From IMG/VR virus record IMGVR_UViG_3300049016_000021, positions 1-27,982 of that record: DNA of 27,982 nucleotides. One strand, given 5' to 3'. A program made the translations under genes and the position numbers. Below the pieces are notes generated by a model. It saw only the letters and a program-made list of their open reading frames with translations, was not told the origin of the DNA and searched no databases. The stretch's first letter is position 1. Each line of letters opens with the position of its first letter. The DNA comes from a virus. Taxonomy: Duplodnaviria; Caudoviricetes. Shown here piece by piece: positions 24,049 to 27,982 of the stretch.

Positions 24049-25283
24049 TTCCCCTCCAGTCTGCCAGAGGCTATGCGCGCCGTGTCCGGATCGATCTCGA
24101 AACCAATCCATTTGCGATTCAGCTTGATTGCGGCTGCGGCTGTGGTGCCTCCACCGAGAAAGGGATCGCAGACAATGCCATCGGCGGGGCAGAGTTTTTC
24201 AATCCAATACGACGCCTCTGATTCGGCCTGCTGCCAGTCGTGGTGCGTCTTCTCCGTTCCGCTCGAGACTGTATCCACGACTATGTTCTGAGTGTCGAAG
24301 CGGCTTTCCTTGACGAACCACAGCATCGGCTTCCACCCGACCCGAACTCCGTAATAGTTCATCACGGCCATGCTGCCGGCGTGGACACAGGCGCACGTCC
24401 ACCAATGGCGCAGCTTACCGTCGAATGCCTTGAAAGCTGCCGGCAGTTGCAAGTGGCCCAGGTAAAACAGCACGCTTCCGCCGGGCGCTAGTTTCCGCGC
24501 CGCAAAGTCAGCTAAGTGCGCTATAGACGCTTCGGCTGCTTTATCGTAAGGCGGGTCGGTGAAGATCAGGGACAGTGAGTTATCGGGCACGTTATTGGCG
24601 TTCGCCCAGAAGTCGCCGATGATGATGTTGCTGTTGGCCTGTTTGATCTCGGCTGCGGCTTGAGTTCTGATTTCTGCCGAAGCTCGAGCCTTCATCTCCC
24701 GTTTGGCTTCCGGGATTCTCATTTTGCCATTGTGGACTTTTTCAAGCAGGTCGGGAGCCTTCTCCTGAAGTTTCTTTGCGTCCTTCACGTATGTTGAATT
24801 ACTTCCAACGGCAGCGGCGGCCTGAACAGCGGCTTTCCCGCTGTTATTCGTTTTAAAGGACTTATCGGCAGAAACCGGGGCAAATATTTGCCCCGGTTTT
24901 GAACTGCTAACTTCTTTATTTGCAGTGTAGCTTTCTATCGGCCTGCCGCCTTTGCGTTGTTCGGCTATCTTAGCTAGATGCGCCTCGATATTCAGCGCAA
25001 CTACGGCCTTCTGACTGCTGTTCAGATGTCGGCGCTTCTCGTTCAAGGAAACAACGAACCATAAGAGCTGTTCTTCGTCGTTCCCGTCCCACTCCCGAAA
25101 GCGCGGCGCTATGCCAAGATCCGTGCAGGCGTTGTAACGGTTGCGGCCGTCAACGATCTGATCCTGATGCGTCCAGATCGGTTCGCGCTGGCCGTTGGCG
25201 TCAATGTCAGCTTTCAGCGCCGCGAACTCTTCGGCGCTCATCATCGGAAATATGTTTGCTACTGGATGAAATTTCATAGTCAT
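24045..25283 (-). CDS. ParB_N - HTH - beta-class DNA methyltransferase fusion
   Basis: FHP.A.IFP.M...EF..L..DI..NG..EPI....IVDGRNR..AC, VSLN.KRRHL..SQ, HTH AAAAVGSNSTYV, then GDF, TDPPY, DPFLGGGTT, GFEID. Confidence 0.92.
   Translation of the reverse strand: MTMKFHPVANIFPMMSAEEFAALKADIDANGQREPIWTHQDQIVDGRNRYNACTDLGIAPRFREWDGNDEEQLLWFVVSLNEKRRHLNSSQKAVVALNIEAHLAKIAEQRKGGRPIESYTANKEVSSSKPGQIFAPVSADKSFKTNNSGKAAVQAAAAVGSNSTYVKDAKKLQEKAPDLLEKVHNGKMRIPEAKREMKARASAEIRTQAAAEIKQANSNIIIGDFWANANNVPDNSLSLIFTDPPYDKAAEASIAHLADFAARKLAPGGSVLFYLGHLQLPAAFKAFDGKLRHWWTCACVHAGSMAVMNYYGVRVGWKPMLWFVKESRFDTQNIVVDTVSSGTEKTHHDWQQAESEASYWIEKLCPADGIVCDPFLGGGTTAAAAIKLNRKWIGFEIDPDTARIASGRLEGK
24872..24899. repeat. Perfect 28-bp palindrome inside the CDS
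   Basis: AAACCGGGGCAAAT|ATTTGCCCCGGTTT. Confidence 0.95.
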
Positions 25284-25292
25284 ATGCAGGGC

Positions 25293-25321
25293 AATTTATC
25301 ACCCTTGATATATTAATGCAA
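25293..25321 (-). promoter_or_regulatory. Sigma70-type leftward promoter for the MTase/replication operon
   Basis: TTGCAT-17 nt-TAAATT with extended TGn. Predicted start site is about 3 nt before ATG 25283. Confidence 0.7.
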
Positions 25322-25389
25322 TATACATATCAGACTTGATAAGTTTTCTAACATTCCCTATACTTTGCCTCTCTGTATCGGGCGTGATA
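25297..25389. promoter_or_regulatory. Three operator-like palindromes TATC-N6-GATA
   Basis: TATCACCCTTGATA 25297-25310, TATCAGACTTGATA 25328-25341, TATCGGGCGTGATA 25376-25389. Confidence 0.8.
25336..25364 (+). promoter_or_regulatory. Sigma70-type rightward promoter for the HTH gene
   Basis: TTGATA-17 nt-TATACT. Confidence 0.8.
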
Positions 25390-25403
25390 AATTTCCGCCC
25401 GTT

Positions 25404-25652
25404 ATGGCGACTAAAGAGAAAAAGGTTCGTATGCTTTCACTGAAGGAAGTTTCAGAGATAACCGGCGCGCCAGCCTCAAGCGTTCGCCTTTGGGTGCGGC
25501 AGGGGCGATTCCCCAACGCCAAGCGTGAGACGACGCCGATCGGCAGCTTTTGGCTTGTCCCTGAAACTGACCTCGAAGGACTTGAATTGCGCGCGCCTGG
25601 CCGTCCGGCTGGCAGCAAGAATAAAAAGCCGTCGAAGAAGCCGAAGAAATGA
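25404..25652 (+). CDS. Small MerR/excisionase-type HTH regulator with basic AT-hook-like tail
   Basis: MLSLKEVSEITGAPASSVRLWVRQGRFP...WLVP...PGRP. Start taken as ATG 25404, downstream of the promoter. Confidence 0.88.
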   Translation: MATKEKKVRMLSLKEVSEITGAPASSVRLWVRQGRFPNAKRETTPIGSFWLVPETDLEGLELRAPGRPAGSKNKKPSKKPKK

Positions 25653-25703
25653 ATATTGAAACCCTGCCGCATATGTTCGCCTTCAAGTCCGATCCCAAAG
25701 AAT

Positions 25704-25729
25704 AAAAACGGGGCGGACCTCGCCGCCCC
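25704..25729 (-). terminator. Intrinsic terminator after ssb
   Basis: GGGGCGG-CGAGGT-CCGCCCC-GTTTTTATT on the minus strand. Confidence 0.8.
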
Positions 25730-25745
25730 AAATCAACAACAACAA

Positions 25746-26174
25746 TCAGAATGGAATATCTGAATCCTCTTCGACGTCTATCGCGACTGTCTCCGGCGTC
25801 TTCAGCGCTTCCCGCCTGGCCGGCGACGGCGCCTCGTCTCTGCCGTTGCCACCCTCACCCTTCCTGCCGAGGAACTGCACGTCCGACGCGTTCACTTCGA
25901 GAGTGGTGCGCTTTTGCCCTTCTCTGTCGGTGTACTCTTCCTGTCGCAAGCGTCCCTCGACGTAAACTTGCGAACCTTTGGCGAGATACTCATTGCATAG
26001 TTCGCCCTGCTTGCCCCAGACGGTAATGCGAAACCATGTCGTAAACTCTTTGTCCTGGCGCTTCTCAGTCGAAGCGACGGACAGCTTGCAATTCGCAGTG
26101 CCCTGCGGCGTGTATTTCAACTCCGGGTCGCGCCCCAGGAATCCGCAAATTGTTACCTTGTTGAAACTGGCCAT
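25746..26174 (-). CDS. ssb: Single-stranded DNA-binding protein
   Basis: NKV...G.LGRDPE.KYT..G, T.WFRI..WGK.GE...YL.KG..VYVEGRL, acidic tail DSDIPF. Confidence 0.97.
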   Translation of the reverse strand: MASFNKVTICGFLGRDPELKYTPQGTANCKLSVASTEKRQDKEFTTWFRITVWGKQGELCNEYLAKGSQVYVEGRLRQEEYTDREGQKRTTLEVNASDVQFLGRKGEGGNGRDEAPSPARREALKTPETVAIDVEEDSDIPF

Positions 26175-26188
26175 CTGTCTCCCTCCTG

Positions 26189-26599
26189 TTACTTTTCATA
26201 TAAACCGCGCGCAAGCCCGAACTTCGCGGCAGCCCGGCGCAGCGCCATTCCCTCAGCGTTCGAGCTCGTATCGCCGTAGCCTTTGACTTCCTCTTCCTCG
26301 ATTCCCGTCGCCTCGCGATAGAACCAGCCTTCGGCGGCCGGGATTGAGACCCGCACCACCACGACAACCTGCGCGCCGATTTGTTTGATGTCGCGGACTT
26401 CATACATCCAGCCCGGCGCGTAGTAATCGAGCATTCGCGCCGCCCGATACCACGGCAGGTAGGTAATCTTGTTGCCCTTCAGCGTCTTTTCGGCCAGCAT
26501 TTTGGCCGGCACGTCTTTCGATAAATCGGCCACAATCTCTTGAATTGGCCGGCCGTATGCCGGTCGTTCGGGTGCTGCTTTTGCTGTCTGTTCTGCCAT
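26189..26599 (-). CDS. Rad52/Sak-family single-strand annealing protein
   Basis: Start MAEQT at 26599 (AAGGA RBS). YLPW....MLD..APGW.YEV, REATG, YGD...NAE.MALRRAAAKFGL...LY. Adjacent to ssb. Confidence 0.88.
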   Translation of the reverse strand: MAEQTAKAAPERPAYGRPIQEIVADLSKDVPAKMLAEKTLKGNKITYLPWYRAARMLDYYAPGWMYEVRDIKQIGAQVVVVVRVSIPAAEGWFYREATGIEEEEVKGYGDTSSNAEGMALRRAAAKFGLARGLYEK

Positions 26600-26697
26600 A
26601 ACTATTCCTTTCGGCTTGCCACCGACTACCAGCGGCGGCTCTGGTTTCCGGCGCTCTTCACCCCCGCCGCGCGCGCCGATCGCGTCGGGGAAATCGT

Positions 26698-26808
26698 TTA
26701 AAACCTCAGCGGCCAGCCGTCGGTAGCGTTCCAGCCTCGCACCGCAGCTATGAAATACAGCGCGACGATGAACAACCACACGGCTAATTCCGCTATGAAT
26801 GCAATCAT
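26698..26808 (-). CDS. 36-aa membrane peptide
   Basis: Hand-translated MIAFIAELAVWLFIVALYFIAAVRGWNATDGWPLRF. TGATG overlap with the upstream peptide. Confidence 0.65.
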   Translation of the reverse strand: MIAFIAELAVWLFIVALYFIAAVRGWNATDGWPLRF

Positions 26809-26900
26809 CACTGCTTCCCTCGCTCTTTGATCACCACGATCCCGAAACCAAGACAGATAGTGATCGTGAGAAATAAAAGAATTGCTGCGAATCCAGTCAT
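26808..26900 (-). CDS. 30-aa membrane peptide
   Basis: Hand-translated MTGFAAILLFLTITICLGFGIVVIKERGKQ. ATGA overlap with the upstream gene. Confidence 0.65.
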   Translation of the reverse strand: MTGFAAILLFLTITICLGFGIVVIKERGKQ

Positions 26901-27061
26901 ACCCGCCCCCCTTTATTCAGTTTCCGCTTGATCGCGCCGACCTTCACCGCTCTGCCGCGTACCATCGGCTCGACGCCGTAGCAGCGGCGGATAACGTCAT
27001 TGCGGACCTTGAGCCCTTCTCTGTATGCGTGTTCAAGCCAGCGTGATAATTCTTTTTCCAT
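26897..27061 (-). CDS. 54-aa basic hypothetical protein
   Basis: Hand-translated MEKELSRWLEHAYREGLKVRNDVIRRCYGVEPMVRGRAVKVGAIKRKLNKGGRV. Heads a coupled chain of small ORFs. Confidence 0.55.
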   Translation of the reverse strand: MEKELSRWLEHAYREGLKVRNDVIRRCYGVEPMVRGRAVKVGAIKRKLNKGGRV

Positions 27062-27073
27062 TTCGTTTTATCT

Positions 27074-27136
27074 TGCCCGCCGTGACGCGGGATCGCCGCG
27101 ATTTCCTGACCCGTTCTCAGAGCAACACGGCGGGCA
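27074..27136 (-). other. Intergenic three-way-junction-like structure
   Basis: 11-bp perfect inverted repeat TGCCCGCCGTG/CACGGCGGGCA enclosing two small hairpins (CGCGG/CCGCG and CTGA/TCAG). Confidence 0.55.
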
Positions 27137-27234
27137 TCCCCGACGAATAGATTGATTGATAGCCGTATTCACTCCAGCGCCCCGAGTTGCGTTTTCACCA
27201 TCGGTCGGGCGCGGGGCCGGTGGCGGAAGTGTGG

Positions 27235-27441
27235 TTAAGGGGCGACCGCTAGTGCGGAATGTTTAGCCATATGCGCCAGTCCACATTCCTCGCACACCCT
27301 ATCGGGATTGCTTGGCCCTGTATTCTTGCCGTAGCAGCCACAAGCAGGCATTAGACAGTCGTCAAAAGGCGTTACTAGCCAGTCGCGGTTACAAATTGGG
27401 CAAGTGCTTTCGCCTGCGTCTGGTATTGTGAATTCGCTCAT
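27235..27441 (-). CDS. Small Cys-rich (Zn-binding) protein
   Basis: CPIC...C...CGC...CEEC..H. ATGA coupling. Confidence 0.75.
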   Translation of the reverse strand: MSEFTIPDAGESTCPICNRDWLVTPFDDCLMPACGCYGKNTGPSNPDRVCEECGLAHMAKHSALAVAP

Positions 27442-27764
27442 ATGGTTTTCACCTCCATCAGTTCTTGATTGTCCGCCTCTGCCACGATCAGTCTTGCAAC
27501 CTCGACGATCTCGGCTTCAAGCTCGGATCGCCTCATCTCCGCTTGCGTGAACTCGTTGGAAAGCCGCAAGCGACCGTCTGAAATCTGCCAGTCTTCACCG
27601 GCGAATCTCTCGTCGAACGCTTCCAGGCGAATGCGCCGATTGTTTGCGATCACCATCACGCCGCGGCGCTTGTGGAAGAGCTCTTCCAGTCGCGCGAGCG
27701 TGTCGGCTGCCGGAAAATCTTCGGTGAATGTGGCGGCATGTTCGATTTGCGCGATTGTATTCAT
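27438..27764 (-). CDS. Hypothetical protein (108 aa)
   Basis: AGGAGG RBS and ATGA coupling on both sides. Confidence 0.78.
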   Translation of the reverse strand: MNTIAQIEHAATFTEDFPAADTLARLEELFHKRRGVMVIANNRRIRLEAFDERFAGEDWQISDGRLRLSNEFTQAEMRRSELEAEIVEVARLIVAEADNQELMEVKTI

Positions 27765-27961
27765 GGCTTCCTCCTTGTGCTTATCGTGGCCTTGATTACC
27801 TTGAACGGCTTGACGCCCTGGCTCTCCAATATTCGATTGGCCTTACTCAGCGCCTTATCTTTATTCGGGGCCACGATCGGCAAAGTTCGTTTTGTGTTTC
27901 CCTGTTCGACGTCAACATCGAAGTCGAACTCGACCTCTTTTTTGAGCGGTGACGGTTTCAT
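27761..27961 (-). CDS. Hypothetical protein (66 aa)
   Basis: GGAG RBS and coupling to the next gene. Confidence 0.7.
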   Translation of the reverse strand: MKPSPLKKEVEFDFDVDVEQGNTKRTLPIVAPNKDKALSKANRILESQGVKPFKVIKATISTRRKP

Positions 27962-27982
27962 CAGCCATCTCCGAATTGTTCA

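Larger units (their letters stand above)
1..27982 (-). mobile_element. Tailed phage / prophage genome segment (early, replication, lysis, packaging and head modules)
   Basis: Co-oriented, tightly overlapped genes including terminase, portal, capsid, endolysin, SSB, annealase, initiator and loader. Neither end nor an integrase lies in the window. Confidence 0.98.

Noticed and set aside
136-24491. Numerous plus-strand ORFs in the track (e.g. 1203-1808, 7641-8000, 22404-23201)
   Set aside because: They are antisense shadows of well-supported minus-strand genes, with no recognisable motifs or expression signals. 7641-8000 was considered as MuF immunity but lies wholly within the MuF gene.
25281-25676. 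Inverted CATATGC..AGGG similarity flanking the HTH gene, suggesting an invertible segment
   Set aside because: The match is short and gapped, and no recombinase is in the window.
25358-25731. Minus-strand ORFs 25358-25672 and 25411-25731
   Set aside because: They are antisense to the HTH gene, which has a clear fold and promoter, and they lie at or beyond the ssb terminator.
26600-26779. Long N-terminal extensions predicted for the annealase (and likewise for terS, 23440-24111 and 11979-12308)
   Set aside because: Downstream ATGs have an RBS or sit right at the upstream stop, and the extensions overlap other genes or structured spacers.
27074-27136. Hammerhead ribozyme (CUGA...GAAA...UC on the minus strand)
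   Set aside because: The core reads CUGAGAA rather than CUGANGA, stem II cannot form, and extra bases separate stem I from the core.
1-27982. tRNA, integrase/att site, DGR or retron
   Set aside because: No cloverleaf, recombinase or reverse transcriptase motifs and no TR/VR pair were seen by eye. Temperate versus lytic lifestyle cannot be settled from this window.

Overview
The whole window is part of a tailed dsDNA phage or prophage of a diderm host, almost entirely on the minus strand. In transcription order (right to left) it holds small early genes, a Rad52-like annealase and SSB, then the only plus-strand gene, a small HTH regulator with divergent promoters and three TATC-N6-GATA operators. 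Next come a ParB-fused DNA methyltransferase, a PD-(D/E)XK-like protein, a replication initiator with an internal origin (9 iterons plus three 13-mers), a DnaC-like loader, accessory genes (VRR-NUC, PAPS-reductase family) and a 311-aa HTH protein. The late region has a lysis cassette with an embedded standalone FixL-like PAS protein, an outer-membrane beta-barrel, fibre/decoration genes, a MuF protein with a ParB/Srx-like C-terminus, a second ParB-MTase, terS, terL, portal, scaffold, a P22-like major capsid protein and a DnaT-like adaptor. The notable non-coding signals are a repeated late-promoter motif RAAATAAA-N14-YANNNT (often giving leaderless mRNA), two perfect 28-bp palindromes inside HTH-protein genes, a possible anti-SD small RNA between terL and portal, and a hairpin/G-quadruplex leader before the OMP gene. 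No integrase, att site, tRNA, CRISPR or reverse transcriptase was seen. All family calls come from motif recognition by eye, not database searches.
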